Below the pieces are notes generated by a model. It ran no database searches. It saw nothing but the letters and a program-made list of their open reading frames with translations, and was not told where the DNA came from. 64,000 nucleotides of DNA from a virus: positions 32,001-96,000 of IMG/VR virus record IMGVR_UViG_3300025120_000017; one strand, 5' to 3'. The translations under genes and the position numbers were made by a program. Each line of letters starts with the position of its first letter. Position 1 is the first letter of the stretch. Positions 19,701-29,531 of the stretch are shown piece after piece.

Positions 19701-20993
19701 TTAATTATCTTCTACTAAAACATCAGTTTCTGATAATATCATATAATCATAATCAATGTTTAATAAACATTTAGTGTGTTTACCAGCGCCATCTCTTACT
19801 TTAAGTAATTTAAGCCAGTATTCTTTATTAAGATTCATCTCAGAGTCTTGAATAATTGCCATGATATTATCGGCAGTATGAGCTAAACCAGCAGATTCAG
19901 CAATATTTGCCATAGTAACTTCAGTAGAATCAAAGCCACCTCTATTTGTTTGTGTTGCGCTAATCACAACAACATCATTCTTTTGTGAAAACGCTCTAAG
20001 ATCTTCAGATATATTCTTAATTTTAATATACGTTTGTTCTGTGTTTGGGTTTCTAATATCTCTAAGAATATTAATGTAATCAATAATAACAACATCAAAC
20101 TTAATGCCTGTAGTTTCTTGAATATTTTTAAGATACACATCAATGTCATCAACAGTTCCAGTGGATGTAGGGAATTCAACAACTCTTAATTCACCTGGAT
20201 CCATTAGAGATTGATTTTTGAATGCTTTAATCTTTTTCTCCATGAATTCAGTATTCCTAGATTTTGATTCATAATCATCTATTGAGATTCCTAATACATT
20301 TGCACCAACTCTTTTAAGAATCTTTTGGCCACTCATTTCAAGAGTTACATATATAACATTCTTGCCTTTTTTAATATACTCAGCAGCATCATGTGCCATG
20401 AATAATGATTTCCCTGTGTTAGGCGGTGCAACATAAACATTTAATGTCTTTTTTGTATACCCGCCCATCAGTCTATCAACAAACATATAATTAGTTGTGA
20501 TAGTTGAAAGTGAATCTAATTTATGATCTATTGCATTATAGAAACTTAATCCTAAATCATTATTAAAATTGATTGAATTTCTGCCATTTATAATATCCTT
20601 AACTTGTCTTATTATACCTTCAACATTTTCAGGAGATACTTGTTGTGTGCTAACGAACTCAAGGGTATCTGTTAAACTACTATCTAGGTTTTTCCATAAT
20701 ATCCAAGATTCTGCAGTTCTTTTAACCCAGTCAATATCATATTTCTCTAAAGGATTTTCAAAGATTTTATTATATAACCCACCGTCAATTTGAATATCTT
20801 TAGATTTAACTAACATCCATAACTGTTCCTTAGTTGGAGTTTGTTTAAATTTACTCCAATATGCTTTTACTATTATTGCTAAAGTATCAATTTCTTTAAT
20901 TTCAAAGAATCCTTTATCAACAGAAGAAAGATAATGAGGATTCTCTAAAGCATATAGTAAAAAAACTTTTTCAAATTCACCAGTATTAATCAT
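19701..20993 (-). CDS. gp41: replicative DnaB-like helicase (gp41)
   Basis: APPNTGKS, YVTLEM, IIDYINI, SATQTNR, ESAGLAHTAD, LKVR. Confidence 0.95.
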   Translation of the reverse strand: MINTGEFEKVFLLYALENPHYLSSVDKGFFEIKEIDTLAIIVKAYWSKFKQTPTKEQLWMLVKSKDIQIDGGLYNKIFENPLEKYDIDWVKRTAESWILWKNLDSSLTDTLEFVSTQQVSPENVEGIIRQVKDIINGRNSINFNNDLGLSFYNAIDHKLDSLSTITTNYMFVDRLMGGYTKKTLNVYVAPPNTGKSLFMAHDAAEYIKKGKNVIYVTLEMSGQKILKRVGANVLGISIDDYESKSRNTEFMEKKIKAFKNQSLMDPGELRVVEFPTSTGTVDDIDVYLKNIQETTGIKFDVVIIDYINILRDIRNPNTEQTYIKIKNISEDLRAFSQKNDVVVISATQTNRGGFDSTEVTMANIAESAGLAHTADNIMAIIQDSEMNLNKEYWLKLLKVRDGAGKHTKCLLNIDYDYMILSETDVLVEDN

Positions 20994-21002
20994 TTTTTAT
21001 TT

Positions 21003-21031
21003 TTAAATAGTTATTAAGTATGAAATGTTTA
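21003..21031 (-). promoter_or_regulatory. putative middle-type promoter TAAACA-N17-ATTTAA upstream of helicase
   Basis: Recurrent motif. Confidence 0.55.
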
Positions 21032-21045
21032 AAAGAATCTGAATA

Positions 21046-22299
21046 TTAATCAACTAATTCATCAGATTCTTCAATTTCATCTATCAAACTATCAATTTCT
21101 TCTTCAATTTCATCAGATCCAAATGAAAATGCTTCTACGATTACTTCATCAAGCCTATCTTTTACTGGCTCCATTACTCTTGCAGTAAAAAGCTCAGATT
21201 TATCAACAGTTTCACCTAGATGCTCAACCACAAATTTTAATGCGCTTTCTCTAGGTTCAAAATATAGGGTAACAGTTTCTTCGCCTGTTTTAGTTTCTTT
21301 AGTAGAAGTAAATGGTTTACAAATTTTCTTACTTGATTCTGATAGCTTATCAAATTGCTTTTGTGTCCATATTTTTCCTTTGCCAATTCCACAATTATCC
21401 CAGCTTATAAAAGGATGTACTCCAATGTATCTATTAAACCTCTTTCTAAAGTCAATATGGAATTCTATTGCTATAGGTTGTGCAAATCTATTCTTTAGAG
21501 TTTTTGCTTTACATATGATGCCTGTTTGTCGTTTAACATCTTTTTTATCTTCTCTTAATTTAGATTTGCTTAAACAGAGTGTAACTGATGCACTGTACTT
21601 ATTACCTTCTCCACCTCCTACAACCATAGGATCTCCATACCCGCCAATGTTTACACCAACATGATTGGTATAAATCATAGGTACTCCGATTAATCCAAGA
21701 TCTAATGTAATATTTCTAAATAAGGATCTTATTCCTTTTGCTCTTGTAAAATCTGCTTTATGGTTTTCTTCTTTTGCATCTTCAATTTCTTTATTAGATG
21801 CAATCATTCCAATGCTATCTAATATAATTAACATCTTTGGAATAGTTCCCCCACTTATTTTTACTTCTTTAAGGTCCTTAACAACTGTGGTTAAAGTACT
21901 CTTTAGTTTATCAATATCACCTACTGGCATATACATAAACTTACTCTTTCCTTTTAGGCTTGTATCTATTCCAAACTTTTCTAACATTGAATGATCTAAT
22001 GCTGCCTCAGTATCAATGTACATTATAGAATACCCAGATTCTTGAGCATTCTTAATAACATTTAAACATACAAATGTTTTACCTGCACCAGATTCACCTG
22101 CCATTTGATAAATCTTATTATTTGCTATGCCGCCTTTTATTGATCCTGAGACTGCTGCATTTAAAATCCAATTTCCTGTATCAATTTGGTCAGTTATTCT
22201 ACCAATATTTGAATTGCCAAGATCCATTGTACTTAATGGGTTTATTTTATTTAAGCTCCCAAAAATATCATCTATTGATCTTTCTTGTTTTTTTGCCAT
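21046..22299 (-). CDS. uvsX: RecA-like recombinase UvsX
   Basis: DTG..LNA..SGS, GESGAGKT, YIDTEAA, LDSIG, TNH, GGG, KNRF. Confidence 0.95.
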   Translation of the reverse strand: MAKKQERSIDDIFGSLNKINPLSTMDLGNSNIGRITDQIDTGNWILNAAVSGSIKGGIANNKIYQMAGESGAGKTFVCLNVIKNAQESGYSIMYIDTEAALDHSMLEKFGIDTSLKGKSKFMYMPVGDIDKLKSTLTTVVKDLKEVKISGGTIPKMLIILDSIGMIASNKEIEDAKEENHKADFTRAKGIRSLFRNITLDLGLIGVPMIYTNHVGVNIGGYGDPMVVGGGEGNKYSASVTLCLSKSKLREDKKDVKRQTGIICKAKTLKNRFAQPIAIEFHIDFRKRFNRYIGVHPFISWDNCGIGKGKIWTQKQFDKLSESSKKICKPFTSTKETKTGEETVTLYFEPRESALKFVVEHLGETVDKSELFTARVMEPVKDRLDEVIVEAFSFGSDEIEEEIDSLIDEIEESDELVD

Positions 22300-22310
22300 A
22301 TCTTTTTATT

Positions 22311-23528
22311 TTAAAATAATTTTTTAGCAGTATGAAGACTCGCTGTAAGTGGTTTATATTTCATTGCCTCTATGATGTTATTTACTGGACCCAGTAAAGT
22401 TTTCTCAAATTGAGTATCATAATCCATAGCCAAAGCAAACTCTTTAGGGTGATCTCCTCGCCTATATGAAAATTTATCAAACTTTTCAGATATACTTGCT
22501 GCATAATACCACTTAACCTTATCACCTGATCTTAGGCTATCATACTTATTCTTTAGCTTTGGATTTTTATTAAGTAAATGATTATGTACACCTGCTCCTC
22601 TAACGTGTGCAGGACAGTGAGGACCTATTTCTAGAGATGCTTCATCTTCTAATATAAATTTATTATAATCACCTATAGATGTGTTTTTAGAAATATCATC
22701 TATATCTGATATTAGAAATTGCTTCTTTATGCTAGATAATTCATTAGCCAAATCCTTAATTTCAAAAGAAGCACCTTTCTTAAACATCCACTTTACTACA
22801 TCAGCAAGAATATTTCTACAAAATGCTGGAGTTTGTGCTTGAATCATTTCTAATCCAGTTGCTTTAATTTTTTGGAGAGGTTCATAAATTTTACCATCTG
22901 CCCATGCCATTTCTTGAACATACTTTTTCTTTGCTGTCCAAATCCCATGATATGCTATAGATTCTAATTCAAACATTAAGTAATTATCTGTATTATAATG
23001 CTTTGCATATTTTTCAAATGCATTTGTTAAATAACTACCTAATCTTGCGTCTGTCATAGTAAGAACAAAATCATTTACATGACCTGTCCAATTAACATTA
23101 TCCAATGCTTCTTGAAATGTTGCATAGCAAGAATCTGTGTCCATATAAACAACTACAGGATTTTCACATGGCTTTACATTTTCTGTTATAACATCTGGGC
23201 ATTTTTCTTTAAGTGCATTAAGAAGTTCTTTATCTCTATGAAATGCTTTCCAGAAATATTGATTTAGAACAGTTTCACTATACTTAATTGCATCTTGTCC
23301 TTGTAATGTGATTGCTTCTGCTAATCTAACATCAAAGAATCTAAAATGCTCATTACCTAATGCACCATAAATACTGTTAAGTGCAATTTTTTCGGCCATT
23401 TGCATAGTGTCATACACAAGAGCTTCATTTTCAAGCTGATGAATAGTGTTAACCAATTCTTGTTTACTTAAAGAATTAAAGTCAACACTATCCAGCTCAT
23501 CAGTATGAATTTCTGATATATTAATCAT
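22311..23528 (-). CDS. gp43: family B DNA polymerase, C-terminal half
   Basis: KIALNSIYGALGN (motif B), YMDTDS (motif C), KKKY, KATGLE; ends KKLF. Confidence 0.93.
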   Translation of the reverse strand: MINISEIHTDELDSVDFNSLSKQELVNTIHQLENEALVYDTMQMAEKIALNSIYGALGNEHFRFFDVRLAEAITLQGQDAIKYSETVLNQYFWKAFHRDKELLNALKEKCPDVITENVKPCENPVVVYMDTDSCYATFQEALDNVNWTGHVNDFVLTMTDARLGSYLTNAFEKYAKHYNTDNYLMFELESIAYHGIWTAKKKYVQEMAWADGKIYEPLQKIKATGLEMIQAQTPAFCRNILADVVKWMFKKGASFEIKDLANELSSIKKQFLISDIDDISKNTSIGDYNKFILEDEASLEIGPHCPAHVRGAGVHNHLLNKNPKLKNKYDSLRSGDKVKWYYAASISEKFDKFSYRRGDHPKEFALAMDYDTQFEKTLLGPVNNIIEAMKYKPLTASLHTAKKLF

Positions 23529-24286
23529 TAATCAACTGTATCAGTTAAAGCAACTACATTTATAATCTTTTCATCTACGCTCTTTAAGATTATTTTATCA
23601 TCAAATGTATATGCTGAATAAGTTTCATTTTCAACTAATGCCATTAAAGTCTTATCTACTTTATATTCACCTTCAGTTGAAACTTGATCCATGTTATCAT
23701 TAATGTCAATTTCAAAAGAATTTTCTGATTTAACTTTAATACTTCCATTAATTGAGAATGTAATGTAAGGATTGGTATCAAACTTCTCTAAACTTTTAAT
23801 TTGCTTTAATTCATTAGATGTTATCTGAAATGAATTCCCAGCAGAATCACAATTAGTTAAAGTATCAATAGCTTTCTGAGGAACACTAACAAATTCAATT
23901 AATGCAGGATCACCACCTTTAAGAGTAACTTTTAATTTACCATCAGTTATAACAAATCTAGTTGCAAAATTTTCAGATTCATATTCATTATAATCAATAG
24001 TGATTCTTATGTCATTCCCATTGAGGTATGAAAATGCATCAGCAAGTTTTTTACCACTATAAAAAGTACATTTTACAACACTATTAATAGTATCTTCTTC
24101 AAAGAAATCTGATAATTTGTATCTTAGTGATTTAATCAGTGACTTACTCTCAATATAAGAATCTGAAATTATCTTATCATTGTCAATTGTAAAGTACACT
24201 GTGCTAGCTGAGCTTAATTTAGCAAGCATTCCAATAAATTTTGTAAACTCTGTTACATTTACTCCAGTTAATTCTACTTTTTTCAT
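23528..24286 (-). CDS. gp45: sliding clamp (gp45/PCNA-like)
   Basis: 252 aa, acidic two-domain pattern with GDP linker, located inside the polymerase locus; no diagnostic catalytic motif is possible for this family. Confidence 0.7.
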   Translation of the reverse strand: MKKVELTGVNVTEFTKFIGMLAKLSSASTVYFTIDNDKIISDSYIESKSLIKSLRYKLSDFFEEDTINSVVKCTFYSGKKLADAFSYLNGNDIRITIDYNEYESENFATRFVITDGKLKVTLKGGDPALIEFVSVPQKAIDTLTNCDSAGNSFQITSNELKQIKSLEKFDTNPYITFSINGSIKVKSENSFEIDINDNMDQVSTEGEYKVDKTLMALVENETYSAYTFDDKIILKSVDEKIINVVALTDTVD

Positions 24287-24303
24287 AAATTTTACGTTTT
24301 TAA

Positions 24304-24332
24304 TTTAATACTAATTATGTTACATTTGTTTA
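24304..24332 (-). promoter_or_regulatory. putative middle-type promoter TAAACA-N17-ATTAAA upstream of clamp
   Basis: Recurrent motif overlapping the stop of the polymerase N-half. Confidence 0.45.
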
Positions 24333-25789
24333 AGCTTTTGTTTTAATTCATGTGCAAGCTTATCACATTTCTTAAATCTAGTTTGGTCAATTTTACGTTG
24401 TGCATATAAATTATCAAAAATGGTCTTAAGAGTACTCCCATTTGTTGTAAATTTACAACCTGATATAGATATAATTTCTTTATTATTAGATCTATCTATT
24501 TTTTTAGATAATTCTTTATACTTATCAAAAGATTCTTCTTTTCCATACTTATCTGTCATATTAGGTGTATTTTTACCTATAAATGATTCAGGTGATAAAT
24601 TTAACTGACGAGCAATGGATGGATATAGTGAACTAAAGTCAAAGCATGTTGCAGCACCGTGCATTCCAGTAATAGGCGCTTTAACATATGCACCTACATA
24701 TTCTTCTTTTTCATTTCCTCTGCCTGATTTTTTTGGAATTACTTTATATTCTGCTAAATATCCTTTTGACATTAATCCTTCAGTAATGTTTACTGCTGAT
24801 TGACATTTAGCAACTTCGCATGCTGACATATTTGATAATGCTAATAATGCATTAAGAGTTTTACAAGTGTCATGAATTAATAATACATTAATTGTATCTA
24901 CATTATTATAGAGAACATATTTCTTATAATCATTTTCATACATTTCTTGTAATGTCCCGCCATATTTTAATTTACCTACACCTAACACAGCATTAGATAT
25001 AAATTCAAGGCTTAATGATTCTTTAACTCTAATAGTTTTATCATTCTTTTCAAACACTTTCATGTAATCAATGATTACAAAATGATTAGGGTTATTATAT
25101 CTATCTAATGTATTGGTTGGTGATATTTGTTTATAATCTAAACCAAGATTCATCATTCTTCTTTTTAGATAAGGCCAATCAAAGTCTTCAAAATACCATC
25201 CTGTTATAATATGAAACTTTTTACATATTTCTATAAAAAATTGAAGAAGCTCAGTTTCATTATTAACTTTCTTATATTTAAAAACTATAGGTCTATTGTT
25301 ATTTACTGATGTAAAATAGTCATCAATAAATCCTTGCATCTTATTTTGCTGCTCATGATTAAAATCTTCTTTATATCCAACAGTGATGCTTTGAATCTTT
25401 TTATTTTTATCCACATAAGTAAAAGTAATAGTGGTTACTTTTTCTTTTGCTACATTTACATCAGGAAATCCATCAATGACCTCGGTCTCAATATCACAAA
25501 ATAGCATTTTAGGAAATGCTAATTTATATAGAGTATTTTGCAACTCTTTAGGCTGTGTATTAATCCATTCCCATATAGAAAACTTATTTATATTATATTT
25601 ACTAGCCTTTTCATAGTTTTTCTTTACTGGCTTTCCTAAATAAGATTTGAATGTTTTATCTGCTTTTGCTGATTTACATTCATCCCAATACCAAAAATTT
25701 TCTTTAGGTACATCTATAAATTTACGTTCATTATTTTCTATATAAGATATTTTTACTATCTTATGTGTTTGCTCTGTCGCTAGTATCAT
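24320..25789 (-). CDS. gp43: family B DNA polymerase, N-terminal half (3'-5' exonuclease + motif A)
   Basis: DIET (ExoI), GWY..FDWPY (ExoII), YNNVD (ExoIII), GAYV, FDFSSLYPS (motif A), LSPES. Confidence 0.93.
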   Translation of the reverse strand: MILATEQTHKIVKISYIENNERKFIDVPKENFWYWDECKSAKADKTFKSYLGKPVKKNYEKASKYNINKFSIWEWINTQPKELQNTLYKLAFPKMLFCDIETEVIDGFPDVNVAKEKVTTITFTYVDKNKKIQSITVGYKEDFNHEQQNKMQGFIDDYFTSVNNNRPIVFKYKKVNNETELLQFFIEICKKFHIITGWYFEDFDWPYLKRRMMNLGLDYKQISPTNTLDRYNNPNHFVIIDYMKVFEKNDKTIRVKESLSLEFISNAVLGVGKLKYGGTLQEMYENDYKKYVLYNNVDTINVLLIHDTCKTLNALLALSNMSACEVAKCQSAVNITEGLMSKGYLAEYKVIPKKSGRGNEKEEYVGAYVKAPITGMHGAATCFDFSSLYPSIARQLNLSPESFIGKNTPNMTDKYGKEESFDKYKELSKKIDRSNNKEIISISGCKFTTNGSTLKTIFDNLYAQRKIDQTRFKKCDKLAHELKQKLKQM

Positions 25790-26006
25790 CTTTAGGGTTG
25801 TCTACAGGTTTAAAGTTTTCATATATTAAATTTACTAAACCAATCTCGTCATCAGTAAATTCAATAATGTTTGGTTTATCACTCTTGAATCCTATGCTAT
25901 CGTCTTTTAAAGATGATTCATGTATTCTTTTTAAGATAGTAATAAAGGTATCTATTTCTTCACCAACTAATTCTAAACCTAGTATAGTTTCTAAATTTAT
26001 TGTCAT
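25761..26006 (-). CDS. hypothetical protein
   Basis: 81-aa acidic ORF packed between dUTPase and polymerase. Confidence 0.6.
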   Translation of the reverse strand: MTINLETILGLELVGEEIDTFITILKRIHESSLKDDSIGFKSDKPNIIEFTDDEIGLVNLIYENFKPVDNPKDDTSDRANT

Positions 26007-26007
26007 A

Positions 26008-26487
26008 TTAGTATCCTTGTTTTTGTCTATTTACGTTTTCACTTGCTTTAGCAAAGTACATATTATAGACTTCTTTAGGAGTAATTCCAATAATTATTCC
26101 AAAATTCATAAAGAAATGAAACATATCAACAAACTCCATTTTAAGTTCTTTAATATCGCCTGGTGTTAAATCAGATATTTTTTTACCTCTAATAGAAGAA
26201 TTGCTTTTTTTCCAAGGTTTCCATGCAGCATTACCTACGCCATCTTCTATTCCACCTAAAGCATCCATAAATTCGCCGATTTCATCATTAAGAGCATGTT
26301 TATTCATAAAGCTAAAATCAACAATCTCACCAATAGTGATTTTTGAAAAATCATACCCATATACAGTTTCTTGCATATATTTTTGATGATTCCAGCAATT
26401 TGCTAAAGTATCTTCATTATTGTCTAAATCTACTTTATGCACATCATTAACTTTTAATTCTGATAGCTTATTATCTATATTTGCCAT
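26008..26487 (-). CDS. dimeric dUTPase/dCTPase (gp56-like all-alpha NTP pyrophosphatase)
   Basis: DEIGE, WKPWKK, EFVDMFHF, Y..K..EN..RQ..GY. Confidence 0.88.
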   Translation of the reverse strand: MANIDNKLSELKVNDVHKVDLDNNEDTLANCWNHQKYMQETVYGYDFSKITIGEIVDFSFMNKHALNDEIGEFMDALGGIEDGVGNAAWKPWKKSNSSIRGKKISDLTPGDIKELKMEFVDMFHFFMNFGIIIGITPKEVYNMYFAKASENVNRQKQGY

Positions 26488-26499
26488 AATCTTTTATTA

Positions 26500-26529
26500 T
26501 TAAATATCAAGCAATAGCTAAAATGTTTA
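26500..26529 (-). promoter_or_regulatory. putative middle-type promoter TAAACA-N18-ATTTAA for the dUTPase-polymerase operon
   Basis: Recurrent motif at a divergent junction. Confidence 0.5.
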
Positions 26530-27029
26530 AGATGGTTGAAAATTTATTTACAGAAGATGGAAAAACTAATCCATTTGCAATATGTGAACATACCTTTAAG
26601 TGGATTTTAGAGCATATACCTAAAGGATCTACTATTGTTGAATTAGGTAGTGGGACAGGAACTAAAGAACTGTGTAAGCACTATACTGTATATTCTGTTG
26701 AAGATAACCTAAAATGGGTAAATTATGTTAATGAGTCTAATTACATACATGCTCCTTTAATATCATACGGAGATCATATGTGGTTTAATGAATCTATCAT
26801 TAAAGAAAGGTTGCCAAGTGATTATTCATTTTTATTAATAGATGGACCTCATGCACATCGAGTAGGATTTCATAAGCATATTAATCTGTTTAATCAAACC
26901 ATACCTTGGATTTTTGATGACACTCATGCTGATCATAATTTATTAGAGGCTATAAAATGCTCAGAATTATTAAAAAGACCATATAAAACATATCAAGGAG
27001 TAATTAAGAAATTTACTATAATTAAATAA
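26523..27029 (+). CDS. class I SAM-dependent methyltransferase-like protein
   Basis: IVELGSGTGT, YSVE, LIDGP, IFDD; start may be 26532. Confidence 0.8.
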   Translation: MFKMVENLFTEDGKTNPFAICEHTFKWILEHIPKGSTIVELGSGTGTKELCKHYTVYSVEDNLKWVNYVNESNYIHAPLISYGDHMWFNESIIKERLPSDYSFLLIDGPHAHRVGFHKHINLFNQTIPWIFDDTHADHNLLEAIKCSELLKRPYKTYQGVIKKFTIIK

Positions 27030-27051
27030 AATATACCATATAATAAATATA

Positions 27052-27636
27052 ATGAAAACTAGAACAGACTTATTAGAATTTATAATAAGTGAAAAAAAAC
27101 CAAAAAAATATCTTGAGATTGGAATACAACAGGGATTCAATTTTGATACAATAAAAGTACCTTATAAAGTAGGTGTTGAACCTTTTCCTAGGAGAGTTCA
27201 AGATAATGTACTAACTCTTAAATCAGATGATTTTTTTAAAAGTGATAATCCTGAATATAAGGGGTTTGATTTAATTTTTATAGATGGGCTACATACTGAA
27301 GATCAAACATGGAGAGATTTGCTTAATTCATTAGACCGTTTGAATCATGGAGGTATAATTGTAATGCATGATGCATTGCCTCATAATTTAAAATACACTA
27401 CTATGTCATGGTGTGGAACTTCATATAAAGCAATAATGAAAGCAGCACAGACACCTGGATTAATTGTTAAAACCTGGGAGCAAGATCATGGATGTGCAGT
27501 GATTGTTAAAGAAAGTAAGAATGATTTATATGTATCTACAATCACTACAGACTTTGAAGATCTTTGGAAAGATAATGCAGCTATTGTAGGTAAATCTAAT
27601 ACTGAGGAAATCATTAACTTTATTAAATCTTTATAA
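27052..27636 (+). CDS. SAM-dependent methyltransferase (Methyltransf_24-like)
   Basis: YLEIG..G, SDDFF, FDLIFIDGLH, GGIIVMHD. Confidence 0.88.
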   Translation: MKTRTDLLEFIISEKKPKKYLEIGIQQGFNFDTIKVPYKVGVEPFPRRVQDNVLTLKSDDFFKSDNPEYKGFDLIFIDGLHTEDQTWRDLLNSLDRLNHGGIIVMHDALPHNLKYTTMSWCGTSYKAIMKAAQTPGLIVKTWEQDHGCAVIVKESKNDLYVSTITTDFEDLWKDNAAIVGKSNTEEIINFIKSL

Positions 27637-27638
27637 TA

Positions 27639-28193
27639 ATGGAACTTAGCATATTATTATGTTCACTGCCTAACAGACTTAAACAATTTTCAGTAATAGA
27701 AGAACTTACAAAACAGGCTAAAGGTAAGCCAGTTGAAATTTTATATCTTGGTGATAATTGGCAAATGAGCGTAGGTGAAAAGAGAAATAACTTAATATAT
27801 CTTGCAACTGGTAAATACATATGTTTTGTAGATGATGATGATCGGGTTGAGCCTAATTATGTTAGTGATATTTTAGATGCAATAAATCAACATGGTACAG
27901 ATTGCATTAATTTTCAAGCATCTGTTAGTATAAACGAATCTAATCCTATGATTTGCCATTATTCAAAAGAGTTCACTGAAAATGTAAATTTACCAACAAT
28001 GTATTTAAGACAACCTAATCATTTAATGGTATGGAAAAAGAGTATTGTTGAATTGTTTCCAGAAATTAATGTAGGTGAAGATAATCTCTTTGGTGAAAAT
28101 ATGGCCAAAAAAAATTATAGTGAATATAATATAGATAAAGTCCTATACCACTATGATTTTAATTCAAATACAACTGAAGCACAAAAAAGATAA
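27639..28193 (+). CDS. glycosyltransferase family 2
   Basis: LSILL, GEKRN, ATGKYICFVDDDD, GED. Confidence 0.88.
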   Translation: MELSILLCSLPNRLKQFSVIEELTKQAKGKPVEILYLGDNWQMSVGEKRNNLIYLATGKYICFVDDDDRVEPNYVSDILDAINQHGTDCINFQASVSINESNPMICHYSKEFTENVNLPTMYLRQPNHLMVWKKSIVELFPEINVGEDNLFGENMAKKNYSEYNIDKVLYHYDFNSNTTEAQKR

Positions 28194-28195
28194 TT

Positions 28196-28780
28196 ATGAA
28201 AAACAAGATTTTAATAACCGGTACAGGTAGAAGCGGTACAACTATTCTTGTAAAATTGTTATCATTACTAGGATTAGATACAGGATACCAAAACCTAACA
28301 AGTGATGAAATAGAACAGTATATAAATCAAAATAGCAGAGGAGGTCTTGAAATCTATTTAGATCCAGATAATGAAAATTATCCATTAATATGTAAAGCAC
28401 CTCAATTTTATAATAGAATACCTGAATTATCTAAGAAGTACAAAATTAAGAAAGTATTTGTACCTATGAGAGATTTAGAAATAACAGCAAAATCTAGAGC
28501 AAAGCATGGAGTAAGTCCAGGCGGGTTATGGAATGCAAGTGATGTAAACAGCCAAATGAATCATAATGCTAAAGTAGTTTATCAAATAGCAATAGATTGT
28601 GCATCAAATGACATACCTTTAGATTTTATAGACTTTGATAGATTTACAAGCGATAGCTTATATGCATATAATGTTTATAGTAGATTTTGTGAATTAGCAT
28701 CTGATAATAAACATGACTTTACATCATTCTTAAACATTTATAAAAGTATAATAGATCATAGTAAAATAACAACTAAATGA
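28196..28780 (+). CDS. sulfotransferase-fold protein
   Basis: ITGTGRSGTT (PAPS 5'-PSB loop), KAP, MRD...S (3'-PB). Confidence 0.75.
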   Translation: MKNKILITGTGRSGTTILVKLLSLLGLDTGYQNLTSDEIEQYINQNSRGGLEIYLDPDNENYPLICKAPQFYNRIPELSKKYKIKKVFVPMRDLEITAKSRAKHGVSPGGLWNASDVNSQMNHNAKVVYQIAIDCASNDIPLDFIDFDRFTSDSLYAYNVYSRFCELASDNKHDFTSFLNIYKSIIDHSKITTK

Positions 28781-29511
28781 AAGAAGTAGACATTGTAATT
28801 ATAAGTAATGCAAAAGATGGAGCTCTTTTAAATGAAACTCAGAGATGTATTGAATCTCTTTATGAATCAGAAGATGCATTTATTATACAATTTAATGTAT
28901 TTGTGGTTGAGAGCAATAAAGATGTTAATTATGATACATATTATAATGTAAAAACTATTTACACTGAATTACCTTTTGGTTATCATAGATACTTAAATAT
29001 TGGTAGAAAAGCAGGAAATGCTGAATATGTGGTTCTTTGTAATAATGATTTAACATTTGATAAGAATTGGGCATCAATCGCAATTGATGTAATGAAAAAG
29101 AGAAATATATGGAGTGCAGGATGCTGTAACCCAAATAAAAAAAATCATATATCATATATTGAATCTGGTAAAGAATATGAAGATGGTTGGGCAGTATCAA
29201 ATCATATCACGGGATGGTGTATATTCCAAAAGCGAGAAATATATGAACATATAGGAGATCTTGATGAAGATTTTGAATTTTGGTATTGTGATAATGATTA
29301 TTCAAGAACTTTACAAGAACATTTATTTTATCATACTCTTATAATTGGCTCAAGAGTATTTCATCATAATGGTAATTTAGGAGTTACTGTAAAAACCGAA
29401 GAAGATGAAGATAGAAAAGCCTACCTTACATCAGGTGGTGAAAAAACATATCAAAACAAGTGGGGTGTTGGAGGTTGGATGACTCTTAAGAAATTAACTA
29501 AAAAAGACTAG
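28777..29511 (+). CDS. glycosyltransferase family 2
   Basis: VDIVII, LNIG, YVVLCNND, GWC, IGDLDEDF..WYCDND. Confidence 0.88.
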   Translation: MKEVDIVIISNAKDGALLNETQRCIESLYESEDAFIIQFNVFVVESNKDVNYDTYYNVKTIYTELPFGYHRYLNIGRKAGNAEYVVLCNNDLTFDKNWASIAIDVMKKRNIWSAGCCNPNKKNHISYIESGKEYEDGWAVSNHITGWCIFQKREIYEHIGDLDEDFEFWYCDNDYSRTLQEHLFYHTLIIGSRVFHHNGNLGVTVKTEEDEDRKAYLTSGGEKTYQNKWGVGGWMTLKKLTKKD

Positions 29512-29530
29512 AAATAATCCTAGTCTTTTT
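29501..29530. terminator. bidirectional intrinsic terminator between convergent genes
   Basis: AAAAAGACTAG-N8-CTAGTCTTTTT. Confidence 0.8.
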
Positions 29531-29531
29531 A

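Noticed and set aside
23440-24400. Split intein joining the polymerase halves (a Cys near the end of the N-half, FN-S near the start of the C-half)
   Set aside because: Both flanking pieces are under 20 aa, too short to form a Hint domain, and there are no intein block motifs.
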